Source of the DNA: Raillietiella orientalis
Taxonomy: Eukaryota
Direction: 5' to 3'
Length of the DNA stretch: 64,000 bases
NCBI GenBank assembly: GCA_036172245.1
Contig: JAYWIR010000045.1
Span: 124,001-188,000 of the forward strand
The notes under the pieces were generated by a model, which did not search any database, was not told the origin of the DNA, and worked only from the letters and a program-made list of their open reading frames with translations. Position 1 is the stretch's first letter, and every line of letters begins with the position of its first letter. Both the position numbers and the translations under genes were made by a program. Below, piece by piece: positions 25,230 to 38,076 of the stretch.

Positions 25230-26420
25230 ACTCCGGTACGAGAAGCGTTCTTTTCTGTGCACAAGCCATTCGCGTGCTCGCCTCGAATTTCGCTCTCTGA
25301 AACACCATGGGACCAAAGCACGTGGTTTTTCGCCGATTCCATTGGGGCATAAATCGATGGACCGGGGATCCGTGCACCTCCGTGCCCGGCACTCCCAACG
25401 TGCGCTTCTTCGTGAGTCGGAGAACTGTTCCCGGAAGAAATTCCATCGCGCTGAAACCCTGACGGACCAAACCAGATTTGGTGACACTGTTGCTGCGAAG
25501 CAGTATATGCCGACTGCCCTCACGGTTGCATCAAAGGGGGAAACTTTTTCATCAAGAAATCGAGGAGTTCCAGTCTTCTCGACTCTTTCACCATCCCCAA
25601 GGAAGAAAAGTTTGCTTCATCCGCTGCTAGGGTAAGCACAAAGATGTTCTGAAAAGCAGAATGTTTGAGAGACCAAAGTTCTGAGATGGCAGCCCTCTCC
25701 GGACACCAGCTGCACTTTCCAGTGGCCGATGTCCCAAACGGGCTCCCCGACCGTTCCAAATAATCGACGAGGTTTCCAAAAATCTCCTTTCAACACCGGT
25801 GCACCCTTTCCTGCCCGTGGTCTGCTGACAACGATTTCGATTTCTCGCGTGCTCAAAGGATCTCGTTCAAGATCCTGTCGAAAATCAATGCGTTCAACGG
25901 CACCAGCGTTTGGAGCTGAGAAGACACTGTAGATCGGACCAATCATATCTGCATGCTTGGAGTCTGTCGCCCCCAGCATTCACGCTTCTTATCCGAAAAG
26001 CGATTTTAATCGGCCGATTAGTCATGCCGTCATGTCCTGCAAATCAAAGATGTTTGCAGGAGATGAACTTTCCTTTCACCGCCCGACGATCATCTGACTC
26101 TCTCGTCATCGGGGCAGCACGCACAAGAGAAGGAGGTCCTGTGCACATCCAGAACAAGCCTCGCTGCGAATTCCGGGTGCTCAGAGTGGCTTCCGCCAAT
26201 TAGTCAATCGCATGGGTAATCTAATCGGGGAACTCCTCTCCGATGGCCCGCCAGTGGCTGCGGGTCGGATCTCACATGCGGAGAACGTGGTATCCTTGAC
26301 AACACCCTCGACATCCCACAGCTCATCCGATAAGCAAGAATTCCAGATAGATAGTTCCCATCCAGCCCGGACATCCATTCCACTGTGCTTCTTCAAGCAC
26401 CTCTCAGCAGCAAAATTGTA
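25230..26420 (+). pseudogene. Decayed C2H2 zinc-finger array inside GPCR intron 1
   Basis: 'SVHKPFACS', 'VHLRARHS', 'NCSRKKFHRAETLTDQTR', 'GETFSS', 'NTGAPFP' and 'SCRKS' are finger and linker relics on one strand. Confidence 0.5.
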
Positions 26421-26899
26421 AACTGATTTACGAAGATGAACACATATTCTTCGGCACTTTTTGCCTGATGCTGAGTTCCCCCGGAGCAGTCGGCAAGCGG
26501 AGGCAGATGCAATATCTTTCTCCTGCTCTTTGTGAGCTGTGATTTTCCTTTCACTCACTGAATGAAGACAATGTCTCTGAAACTGAGCTGCCTTGAGAAA
26601 TCTTTCCTCCTCACGAACCTTCGTTGTCACCAAGGAAGCACCGCAGCGTTGCCTCAGGACCGACCTTTTCTACTAGTTCCCGTTTGTACTCAGTACCTTT
26701 GGAGTAGGGAAGGTCTTTACAGCTTTCAAGAGAAGCAGAAATCTCGAGCATCTTCCCCTCATTCCAATGCATCAGGAGTTTGGATTTTAGTGCATGTACC
26801 GCCGAAGAATGTACAGGGAGACGACTTTCCAGGAAACTTTTCGTTCCTGCGAGATGAACAGGGTGCTAGCCTCTGCAAATCACCGATTCATTCAAAGTG

Positions 26900-27660
26900 T
26901 TATCCTCGAGGATGAGTCGTTCGTTCCGGAAGCCTTCAAGCTTTAACCGGCCCCTCTTGCTCGTGACTTTTCGATCAAATCCACGGGCCAGGCCATATGG
27001 CCTCGCACTACGGCAACCTGAGAGTTCCTGCGTCCTGCCGAGGTGGTTGCTGGGCAGTCAGCTACCCGGTAGCCAACTCAGGTGTCAGGCAAGAGCTGGA
27101 GTTCGAGATGAGAGGAGGGAGAGAAGGTCACTGCGTATTGCAGCTCCCTCTGAGGACCTCTTGGCGCCTGAGACCTCAGGTGACGATGGTGCGTGTATCC
27201 AAGAGTTGCTTTCCAAAACTTTCCTTTCTTCGTCACGTGCCTTCCTTCCTGGGTCCAGATCTCTACCGATCTTCCAGGCTCTGACCAGCTCCAGGGTTTC
27301 TCCTTGTCTACTCGATGACGCGTCTGAGTTTCCCCTGAAGGCAAAGAGCAATTCCATCGGCCTTGTCTTGTCCTTTTTGTTAACCACCTCCTTGGTTTCC
27401 CGCTTAAAAATCCTCTGCAGATAAGACCGAAGCTTGCAAACTCATGCCGATCTACAGCTCCGAGAATCCCTGCAACGGTCGAGGAATCGCAGGCAACGTC
27501 CTGGATGAGCTTCTGCTCCTTGAGGAGGTTCCGGGCTTCGTCTCTCCCGTACGGCTTTCGAAGTCGCCGACCTCATTCTCAGCGAAGTGAGCGAACCAGC
27601 GAACCGGCGAAGATGTAATAGACTAGCTGGAACTCATCGGCTACATCTTCAGTGGTTCAC
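26900..27660 (-). mobile_element. L1/Tx1-like LINE fragment (APE endonuclease and linker)
   Basis: Minus-strand 'VGDFES' (GDFN motif, ~27560-27575) followed by 'EGAAIRSD' (~27128-27150, the GAxIRS linker motif of L1/Tx1 ORF2). Confidence 0.6.
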
Positions 27661-30600
27661 GAGCTCAAGGGAACGAAAAATTCACTAACCGGGAATTCTC
27701 AAGGAGACTGAGGGAAAAAAGAAGGGGGAGGCGAAAGCACCCCTTTCCCTTTTCCCCCGCGAAAGCACTACCAGTTTCCAGGATCAGGAGAAAGCTGGAT
27801 GCCACATTCGTGTCTGTCGGCTGCTGCATCACGAAGGAATCATTTTCACTAGTGAAGGGAGGAGGAAGGGTGAGAGAAGGGTCATCTTCCTCTGTGCCAC
27901 CGGACCTTTTCTCTTTCATGAGTGCTCCACAAAAGAAGATTTGAGTACAACTTATCCTCTGCAAATGATGCTAGCTCCTGGCATCCCTGGGGTTTTTCCA
28001 AGTTCTGAAAGAGACTCTGACGGTCCAATGGATGCACCAAAGGGATCATTCTGATGGGGGCTGCCCTTAATTTTAGCAAAGCTGTGGGGAAAGGGCGGCA
28101 GAAAGGCAGTGCGTAAACGAGAGAGAGAGCAAAAGAGAAGGAAAGAAAGAGATGGGGCGGATCAGTCATCCTTCCTCTATTGTCGAAAACCAGACATGAA
28201 AGCGTGAAGGTCCTTTTCTTCTAAAAAAAGACGTAGAGAGCATCCTTGTTGCTCCAGTTCTGAAAAAAAAAAAAAAAAAAAACCAAGGTGATGGAAATGG
28301 GAATGTCGAACGAAATTTTTCGATGACCAGAGTTGCAGGGGCACCACCATCTGCCGCGACTGCCGTCTGCCGCAACGTTTCTTGACGTTTCTTTTCTTGA
28401 AGGGAGATGAGCTCCCTTGATCCCACTTCAACCGAAACAGGGAACCATTCCTCCTTCCAAAGGAAACATCGCCAGTTCGGTGCTTTCTGCTTCCCTTTTT
28501 CGGTGTCGTCAGCCCACGAGATCTCGACTCGCGCACGTACCACTTTGCCTTATCCTTGACGGGCTTCTGACCTTCCCACCGCTCTCAGTTCAGTTAACAC
28601 ATCACCCCCGAAGGGATTCTTTGTCTCCGACTGCTTTTTCCTCACCTTCTCGTTGCGGGATTCGAAGAGACTTGCGAGGGACCCCAGGAAGCTGCCGGTC
28701 TTAATGCTTGCACTTGATTTAAGTCACATCTGCTGAAAAACGGTACCAGATTCTAATTTGAAGCAGGGGGACACAGATATCGGGCACGAAACTCAACAAA
28801 GCAGGAGGGTTTCCCAGCGATTCCATGTGGTGGTGGAGCCGGGTGTAGGAACCGTTCTTCAGCAGCAGCCACCAAGATCCCAGCGAAAGTTGACCGTCGC
28901 TAGGGGCTGCTGCGATCGCGGTGAATTTGCTGGTGGTTAAGAGCCGCTTGCTTGTTTGCTCATTCCAGAGAAATGAGCCTCGTCGCATCTTTAGATCCAG
29001 GCATTGCGTTTCTTCCTTGATCTTCGGTTTTATCTTTCGGAGCCGACAGATGCCGATCCCCCTAGCGACCCCACTTCGCCTATGCAGGCGCGCGTGACCT
29101 ATCCATGGAGCGTCGGACTCAAATCTCGATTGCTACCTCCAAATTCGGTCTCGCATCGCTAGGGGCGGTTCTGAGCCAATATGCTAGTCCGTTTGGTTTG
29201 CGCGTCGTCGCTTAGCGTCGAGGATCGATTGCAGAGTGAGTGTTCCTTGGGAATCAAGCTTTGGTCTGGGATTCGCGTGCAGAGCTAATGGGGATCGCCC
29301 CATTCCTAGAAGAGGGCACTAAAGCCCTCATGAAGTGCACTTTCCAATTATGGGACCCTTGGATGGATTCCTCTACCTGCATGTGCTGCGAGTAGAGTAA
29401 TTTTTCGATTATTCGGAGTGCTTAGGAATGTGGAGGAAGGACCGAGTCCTCAGCATTGTTTTCTTCCAGCGAAAAACTGCCTCTCTGGTAGAAGAGCTTA
29501 AAACTTTGCCCCTTATTTCTGGAAGATTAGCGTAGGAAAGGGAGGACGAGAGTTTTCAGATACAAGGACAGGTGATTGATTGGAAGGCCGAAATGTTTTG
29601 CTATTCATCTCACTCGGTTTTCTCTCATGACCAATGATTCCTCTTAAATGAGCAGAGGTTGTTTCCTCTGAGGAAGCTTCCGTTATTTTTCGAGACTTTT
29701 TTGGTTGTCCCAAAAAACACCCTTAAGCCCGACAACTTCCGTCTTGAGATTTCCATCCATCAGCTGTAGACCCGTCCGGAGAGCTCTGCAAATCAGGTCT
29801 TTATCTCTTTTGCAGATTCTCAGCCTGGTTTTCGAAGCCGAAGGCAAGTCGCAGAGAGGATGAAGTCCACTTCATTCTCGCTGCTGTTGCGCGGGACCAC
29901 GAGCAGCACATCTCGTCCTTCGTGTTCCTTTTGTATGGCTAATTTAATGGGGAAAGCTGAGGCAAATCAATGCCTTTGTCCTTTCTCGTTTACCTGCCAC
30001 GCTTTCAAGGGCAGCTTCCTCGTGGTGCTTCCTCCTCTGCGGTATTTTTTGAGACCGAATGCTAACTCGCTACGTAATTCTCCACCGCCATCGAAGAATA
30101 CACAGCTGCTGAAGTTGGTGTGTTCGTGTGCCGCCTATGAAATCTCACATTGTTGGGGTAATTGTGGGCCCGTCTTACGTCCTGCTTGGAACTGGGGCTT
30201 CACGAACCTGGGAAATGTATTCCAAAGCCTCGGTTCAAAGGAACGGAAACTGCAAAAGACAGAATAGTAGATAATCGAGAAAGGTAATCGAAGGTATGAT
30301 GAGGAAGATAGCTAAGATAGAGGAAAAAAGAACGGGACAACCAAGGTGGTAGGAGTCCAAGGAAATGAAAAAGATAAACAAGCAGCGAAAATCAGCACTG
30401 CGATACTGATCACAAAAAGCAGGGCCAAAGGTCACGGAAACAAGTGGGGTCATGGTCATGTACAGATTCTTGGTTCACTTGATAGTCTAGTCACAACGTT
30501 CATTCAAAACGCCTTGCTGATGAGTGCAGAAGTAGAACGCATCTCTAGAGGCGTGTAAGACAATAGGCTCAATTATGAAGGGAACAAGAAGCTACGTGCA

Positions 30601-31839
30601 CGAACTTGAAGCACCGACACTGGAATTCGCGACAGAAGGGAAATTGGCTCTTCATCAAAAAAAAAAAAAAAAAAAAAAAAAATGCTTTTTATGTTACTAT
30701 ATCGTGACAAGGCGTAAAAGCCATTTTCTACATTTCGGGAATGTCGGTGCCAGGAATAGAAAAGTTGCAACTGCCATGCTCCCAACTTTGCACTATGCTG
30801 AAGAATTTTCAAAACTTCCTTTTTTTACATACAAGTTCCTACATGTCGGAGGAATGGCAGTGGGGAAAAAAAAATTCAAGATCATAGAAGTCAACAAAAG
30901 CGATTTGAGTACCTTGGAGGACATCCACCAGGAGATAAAGAATTCTAGGTTGTTGCAATGTGTTTATGATGTATATGGTGCCTTCTGGAAGCAGTGCTCC
31001 GGATCAGCCAAGGAACTCACAAGGAAGGAGGTGAAGTTGGGAAAAGCAGTAACGACTTTCAGGCGACAGCGAATAGTCTGGAAATTTCCACAGACAACTA
31101 CCCGATTCATAGCCGACAGTGTTATACAAAATTGCTTAGCGGGAGAAAAAAAATCTTAATTCGAATTAATGATGGCGTGAGAACGCAACAGATGAAGAAA
31201 GCAGGGCGGCGATAATATCGTTGGTTGTTTCCAGCAACCCAAGTTTGGGTCCTACCAGAGATCAACTCCAAGTCCCGCGAAGTCGATCAGCAGCCTAATC
31301 CAAATGTTCCACTGGTCGTCTTCGGATGTTCGGGAAGAAGCTGCACACAGCTGGGTCTTACTTTATGAGTTCCTCGTGAACTCGAATCTCCAGTGGAGTT
31401 CCGTCAGCTGGAGGATTTTTCTCCGCTGATTTGGAGTTTTCAGCTGAGATTTTGCCCCGACTTCAATCCCAGAGAATAAAACATCGAGTCAACAAGATGC
31501 TTCCACTGAAGCAAGCGGGAAAAAGCAGCATCGTTGAAAGAAGAATATGCGAATGACGAAGTTTGCTGTCTGGTCACCAAATTCGATGAACACCAAGAAT
31601 TGATTGCGATGAACCGAATGCCAGATCACGAATTAAAGCAGTAGAACATCCATTGCGAGTTGGTGTTTCTATAGAGACAGGAGTGCCGAAAGGCATAACT
31701 GATAGATCATGCTGCTACCTGGGATGTTGCAAATGTGCTGAGGTGCAAAAAATTGCCAATCACGCGACTATGTGTAACACATCATCCAGCGTGCATCAAT
31801 TGAATGATCATCCACGCGTTTATCCATAGCATAAATTCA

Positions 31840-32110
31840 GAACACACACGTAAGAACATGTGCTGTGGGGCTCAGAAAGGGACCCAACACAAAGGCGCTA
31901 AATGCAAGAAAATCTCTGCCGAACTCGAAGTTCCACGAAGCCGCCCATCGAGTCTCATGTGTGTCCAATATTACATCCGCCTGAGATACATCCATATGAG
32001 TACACGAGAGCTTGTGGCACGTGAGCATGTATATGCATGTCCAATGTGCATGTGTGTGCATATCCAAAGACATAAAAATATTAAAGGGCAAGTCTTTCCA
32101 ATAAGTATAA
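31840..32110 (+). pseudogene. C2H2 zinc-finger relic
   Basis: 'LRYIHMSTRE...VYACPMCMCVHIQRHK' resembles H-x-x-T-H..Y-x-C-P-x-C...R-H. Confidence 0.4.
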
Positions 32111-32599
32111 ATGGCATGCACTCGATCGGGTGTGATGTCTTCCTCCTTTGATAATTATTTCCAATGTTTGATTTCACATCCATGTGAAATGTTTTTTCCT
32201 TATCTCTGTCTATTGGGAATCCTCAGGATAATGAGCCCCCGATTCACTCGTGATGCCACTATTCGGATGTTTCCTCTCCTTTTTAGTTCTGAACTTCATC
32301 GGGTCCTTCAGGATTTCCTGGTCTGGGTTATCCTAGGACTCCTCACGTCTGCTCGAGTTCGCTCTGTTTTATGGTTGCGGAATCGATTACTTTGCCGCTA
32401 CAAGTTGCTATCCTTTCCCAAAGAGATATTAGCCAACTAGTGGTGCGGAGATTCGTTGCAGAGCACCGCAAGCTCTCAAGCTGTCAGTGCGTTTCTTCTG
32501 TGCCCTCCATTCCAGCATATTCGGCACCCAGTGGAACACACTTTCCGACCCCGCACGTATTCACTCATTCATCCTAGAAAGGAAACGGAAACCATTTGC

Positions 32600-33170
32600 T
32601 TCCTTGGAACCGGATAACCTTGAGCACTGAGGCTCCAGAGTGGGCTTCTCTGTTTGGCAGCTTCGGCCTGAGTTTGAATTTTTCTTCTTCCCATTAAACA
32701 TTGCTTCTCCAAATGGGCCCCAAATGCGCTCGGATTGCTCCGCATGGCGCCTCTCTTGGGCTCTCTTGTGTTTCCTGCAGCTTTTTGGAGTTTTATGTTC
32801 CAAATAAGAGCTTTCCGAAATACAAAAACCACCTTCTAAACCCATCTTGGAAGACCTTGGAGTCTTCTAAACATCTGGGAGCTTATTTAGGATGCGGGGA
32901 GTTCGTTTACTGGAAGTTGTCAATTCAGGAGCCAAAATTACCTGCCGAAGAATTAAGTGATTTTTGATTGCTGAACACTACAGAGCCATTTCAGCAGAAT
33001 GACTAAGAAAGCACTCATTTTGAAAGTGCTTTTATTATTTTTTCTGAAATTACCCATGCCAAGGATTTGCTCGTGGATGCCAGCACATGCCAAGGATGTG
33101 CTGGCGCCTACGAGCAAAACAGTCATTTGAAAGCAGAGGAAAACAGTTTTGAATAAAACCACCTCCATCA
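32600..33170 (+). mobile_element. L1/Tx1-like RT thumb relic
   Basis: 'SKHLGAYLG...VYW' (cf. KxLG) followed by 'MTKKALILKVLL' (cf. SxxGKxxIxKxL). Confidence 0.45.
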
Positions 33171-34769
33171 GAGGCTAAACCAATCGCTGGACCGAAGACA
33201 AATGATGTTGTGGTCCCTTAACGGCAGGTGCGGAAGACCGAAATTTTCGTTTGCCTCTTGTGGTTACAGTAAAAGGCGAAAGAAATAGTCGCACTCGTCG
33301 TTTCTGATCAGAAGCATCCAAAATTATCTTCGAATACAATTCCATCTATCATGTTTTTGCTTACTGTTAAATTCCACATCAGTACTTCACCAGTCCTGGA
33401 TCACTTCTCCGCTTTGTACGCTCTTCTCAAAGCTGCCTCTAAGTAAATGGTAATTTTGTTCTTCCTGGAGGAATAAGGGATATCCATGCTACGTAATGGA
33501 TTAGAAGAATGTCTTCTTATTTTGTCATCATATTCTTTAGGAGCAGTGTTAAGTCAGCTCTTCCGCAAGTGATGCTGTTCACTTCCTTCTGAGACGTTGC
33601 AACATAGCCTCTTGAACAGCGGGTTTTCAACAATCTCTTGGGAGTCTGGACTTTCAGCTTCGAGTTGGAATCTATCCCATCACTTGAGAACCAATACATA
33701 TGTAAATGTATAATCTGTTCTTCAATGCAAGTGGTCACTTGAAATTCTAGGGCATGAAGACTAGTTCTGAAAGCATTTATTTGTATAGGGAGATATGCGT
33801 GAATCTAACCCTGACATGTGCATATTTATTAGGAGGCAATGCATAGTGATCTGTTCGTAATTTGATACTGTCCTATGCATGCGGGTAGGTACACATTAAT
33901 GACGAAAATATCGTTTCTCAGAAGCCACGGAAAACATGTATTCCCGAAATTTGATTATCCAAACAATCACTGGGCGGAAGATTGGGTACCTCCCGACCAC
34001 TGTGCAGTGCGGAGTCGAAAGACGAACGAAAGGAACGCAATTCAATCGAAGATCCTCTGAGCACAGGGTGAACTGGGGGTGATGGGCAGACACCACCCCA
34101 TCTGCCTTCAAACTAGTCCGGGAACTTGGACCGCTGCCTGTTTGTAGCGCAGCACCGGTGTTCCTACCTCCAGAATTTTTCCTCGAGTGCATCAAAATGT
34201 CCATATTATACAAAGTTCACGTTATACAATACAAATTAATAATCTTTCAAAGGGAATAGGCAGTTTCTTTTTGTTTGGAGGAGCGAAGGGAGGGGAAGGG
34301 AAAAGCTAAAAGAGGCATTCGGAATCCCGGAGGATTTCTTCGCTGTGCACATCTCGATGGGCTGATTCGCTATCTTCCGACGCGTCTCACGATTCACGAG
34401 TACTTCTTGAGCGAAGGATCCATCGGTTTGCAGTGCTCTGAGATGCTCTGAGGAGACCTTGGGGGTGCAGGAGCCGTTCCGAGAGGAAGACGAGAATTAA
34501 GGAAAAGCTTCCAACTTGTTTCATGACTTCCGAATTCGGCCGCAACTTTCTTGCCCCTGCTATCATTGCCTCAAGAGTGTAAAACTAATTTAAACTCATC
34601 CGGCTCCTTTGACATCGGTGAGGCAGCGCTGGAAAGGCGGGAAAATATCGGTAGTTCATCAAATGCCAAGGTTTATGGGACCAAAAACTTTGGAGTCTCT
34701 CTGCTAGGCTTGCAGCTGCTCGTCGCTATTGAGCGAAGACATTGGGACCCTCTTTCTAAGTAAAGGGTT

Positions 34770-35040
34770 GGCTGATTGAGTTGCAGTTGGTTTCACTTGA
34801 CGACGGGTCGGCGGCGCCGGCATGATGAAGTATACGACCGAAATCCGCATTTCGCGGTCCGCACTCTGCCAGGGACCTGCCCGCTCAGCTGCAAGCCGGA
34901 GATCTCGGGCAGCAATCAGACTCACCAATCTCTCCCTTCGCTTCTCTCCTTCCGTGTTTCTTCCCGGAACAGACAGAGACTGCTTTTCTGGAAAGCAGTC
35001 TCTGTCTTTCCTTTGGGGAACGGAGCCGTGGAGATGCGAC
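34770..35040 (+). mobile_element. MITE-like element, copy 1 (inverted relative to 35824-36097)
   Basis: About 270 bp that closely match the reverse complement of 35824-36097. Both translate to 'YTTEIRISRSALCQGPARSAASRRSRAAIRLTN'. Starts with the terminal motif ggctgattgagttgca. Confidence 0.75.
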
Positions 35041-35823
35041 GGACCCATAACGCTGGTAACAAACAATTAAAAGGACGATTAAGGGACGACGATTACGACA
35101 GGGATGCTATCATACTGAATGCATTTATGAAGACCTTCCCACATGCGCGGAAGAGTCCAGAGAACTCGCCGGAAGGAACCGTCGCGCCTTCGCTGGACAA
35201 CCGAATCGATTTTGGCGCTCGACTTCTTCCTTTTCCGTAGCCTCAAGTCTCTAGCCTCCAGTTTCCTTGTAATGGGTCTCACACAGGTCATGTAGTTCCT
35301 GGCAACCCGTTATCGGGTCGCCATGCTTTCGCATGTTCCACTCCAGACGCTTCGCATCCCTTTCCCCTCCCTTCACGTGTGCCCAGGGGGGTTTCGAGCT
35401 CCTTCCGGAAAACGAGGCGGCCTCTGGTCAGTGAACCCTCAGGCATTCGAAGATATCAAACGCAAGGGGTGCTCACTCGTCGATGGCTCCTTGACAGCAA
35501 ACGCCCCCGAACTCCAGTCGCGACGGGGTGGTTTTCCCCTGTTCGTCTCCGGTGAAAGGTGAAATTTTCCATCTATCTCGCGACATCCGGGCTTCCTGCT
35601 CCCTGAGCAAGCCCAAGCGAACCTGCTCCGAACGATCACTTCCGCGGCAACAGATGCTAACGAGGAGCTCCACCGCAACGGACCAAGCAACCATCACGGA
35701 CGTTGGTAAATGCGAATCGAGCTTCTCTCGAGGAGAGGTCTTATACTCGCAATGATCAGAGCGAGGAAGTTGGTGGCGACAACTGACTGCAGCGTTGTGA
35801 ATCGAAAATCTCCCGACCGGAGT

Positions 35824-36097
35824 GGTTGATTGAGTTGCATCGCTTCCTTCACGGTTCCGTTCCCCAAAAGAAAGCTTTCCAGAAAGACAGGCTCTGTGTG
35901 TTCCGGGAAGATGCACAGGAGGGGAGAAGCGAAGGAAGCTATTGGTGAGTCTGATTGCTGCCCGAGATCTCCGGCTTGCAGCTGAGCGAGCAGGTCCCTG
36001 GCAGAGTGCGGACCGCGAAATGCGGATTTCGGTCGTATAGTTCATGCCGGCGCCGCCGACCCGTCGTCAAGTGAAACCGATTGCAGCTCGATCAACC
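35824..36097 (-). mobile_element. MITE-like element, copy 2, with its own 16-bp terminal inverted repeats
   Basis: ggttgattgagttgca (35824-35839) versus tgcagctcgatcaacc (36082-36097) is 14/16 complementary. No coding capacity is evident. Confidence 0.75.
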
Positions 36098-37193
36098 CGG
36101 CTCGAGAGACAAACCGCTTCCGTTTACTCAATGTGTGCTGGAGTTGTCATGCGGTGGATAGGCGAAATGGACATCCCGAAAGCTTCCGCGGATTCTCGAA
36201 GCATAGGGTGGCTTCAGGCAGTCGTCTCCCCCCCCCCCTCCCCTTACGCGCCCCAGTGGAAAAATCTCGAAGCAAAGTTTGTGGTTCTACAAAAAAAAAA
36301 AAAAAAAAGGAAAACGAAACAGTGTTAGCTGGAGTTGTCACTTAGCTCTCTCGAGAAAACTATCGGTCTCTCAGGGGGCGTAGTCAGAAGACTTCCTTCT
36401 GAATGGATGGGAAACGGGGCTGCAGATTTGGATCAGGACCGATAAGGACCCTCGAAAGAATGAGTGGGGTCCCACTAGACTTGGACACCGGCGAACAGAA
36501 TCCGAAGTCATTCCACTCAGTTTCGCGGTTTCTTGTGCTGACATGGTCTCTCGTCTTCTCAAAGATTGCTCTGAACAGACTCTAAAATGTGCACCCTCTT
36601 CCCTAAAACCTCCAAGCGGCACTTCAGCGTCGAAGATTGGGACTAAGGAGGCAAGGAAACCTTCTACAGACTGGACCACTTGGTGAACTTTCCTCTTGCC
36701 ATGACCTCGAGCGGTAGCCTCGAACGGGTGGAAGATCGCGTTCACAGCGAGGACTTGACGACCTTTCTGGACCTGAAGTGACTTGTCGCTTCGTGACAGC
36801 CGGATGCCAAAGAGAAGAATTGATACGGCGAGCAGGAGTTTACTGATCATCCGAGGCTTGGATCATCTCCCTGTCCTCCGGCTGCGTCCGCAGAGCACAT
36901 TCGGAAGCGTGAGGAGGCTGGCGACGAGCGACCTCGCCTCTCTGCTGCTGAGAACTCGTGCGGAGGAAGGAACCCTCCATTCTGTCCTCCCTTTGTGCCT
37001 CCCCTCTTCCCACCTGCGAACATCCTCTTTCGACTGGACGGTCGTGCCTCGTAACCTTGTCGACTTTTGACACATGCGACCAACGCAGCCTCCTTCCAGT
37101 TTCTTGTCTTGTGCTGCTGTATGTTGCGACTGACTCGACGATTTTCATCCCAAACATCTTCGGGAACTTGGATGGGCAAAATTGGAATTAGGC

Positions 37194-37198
<5 letters not shown>

Positions 37199-37228
<30 letters not shown>
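37199..37228. repeat. (AG)15 microsatellite
   Basis: Seen directly. Confidence 0.95.
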
Positions 37229-37231
<3 letters not shown>

Positions 37232-38036
37232 GGAAAGGAAGAAAGAATGAAGTAATCATCTTCACAAATGATTCACAGGGTGAATGAGAGAAAAACTGAG
37301 CGCTGCACAGGTGCCCAGCTGTGCAGCGGGCTCGGTCCACGTCACGCCAGACTCCTGGAATTATTAATGCCGCCTCATGACAGTCGCGCGCGGATTCCTA
37401 GATGCATGATGTCGCTGATGTTGGGAAGCAACGCGGGATCGATAGCGTAAGGAACCTAAATGGCATCGAAGTCACCAGGCAGGAGGAGCCGAAGATATTG
37501 GATCGCCAGCTGCTTTCCAGCTGGCGGTCGAACTCCGCGCGCCGTCGAGCTGGCGGCGTCGCTCTGGAGCCTCGCTTTCATCGGCCTCCCGGGCTCCGTC
37601 AGCCCCCAGCGCGGATCCCTCCCCCCTTCCTCAGAGAAACTGCCTCTGGACCTTCTCGGAGGAGCAGCACCTTGTGGAAGAGCGAGTGCCCAGGCACGCT
37701 TCCGTCGCGAAGGGAACCGTTCTAAGCAAACGGTTGGGAATAATCATCTCTCTTATGCTGCCAGCAGTCCGATCGCTGCCGGACGGGAGCAAGAGATGCG
37801 AGCCAGAATCCCAATTTGCTTTTCTACGGGTTTTTGTTTTGCCAAGAAAGGAAAGGTGGAAGGGGCGAGTTCTCTGCTCCGCAGACCCAGTGGCGATACG
37901 GCGCTCGCTGAAGGTCCTCTGCTGACACCAGGAGAACCGGAAGCTTCAGGAATCCATCCCGGAGCCTTCAGAGTGTCGGATCTTTGAGTGTGCCGACTTC
38001 TTGGATGGGTTTAGCAGACGCATCCAACTGACTGAC

Positions 38037-38076
38037 TGACGACGGCGGCGGCAGCAGTCTGCCGCCGCCGTCGTCA
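38037..38076. repeat. Perfect 18-bp inverted repeat with a 4-nt loop
   Basis: tgacgacggcggcggcag-cagt-ctgccgccgccgtcgtca. Confidence 0.95.
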
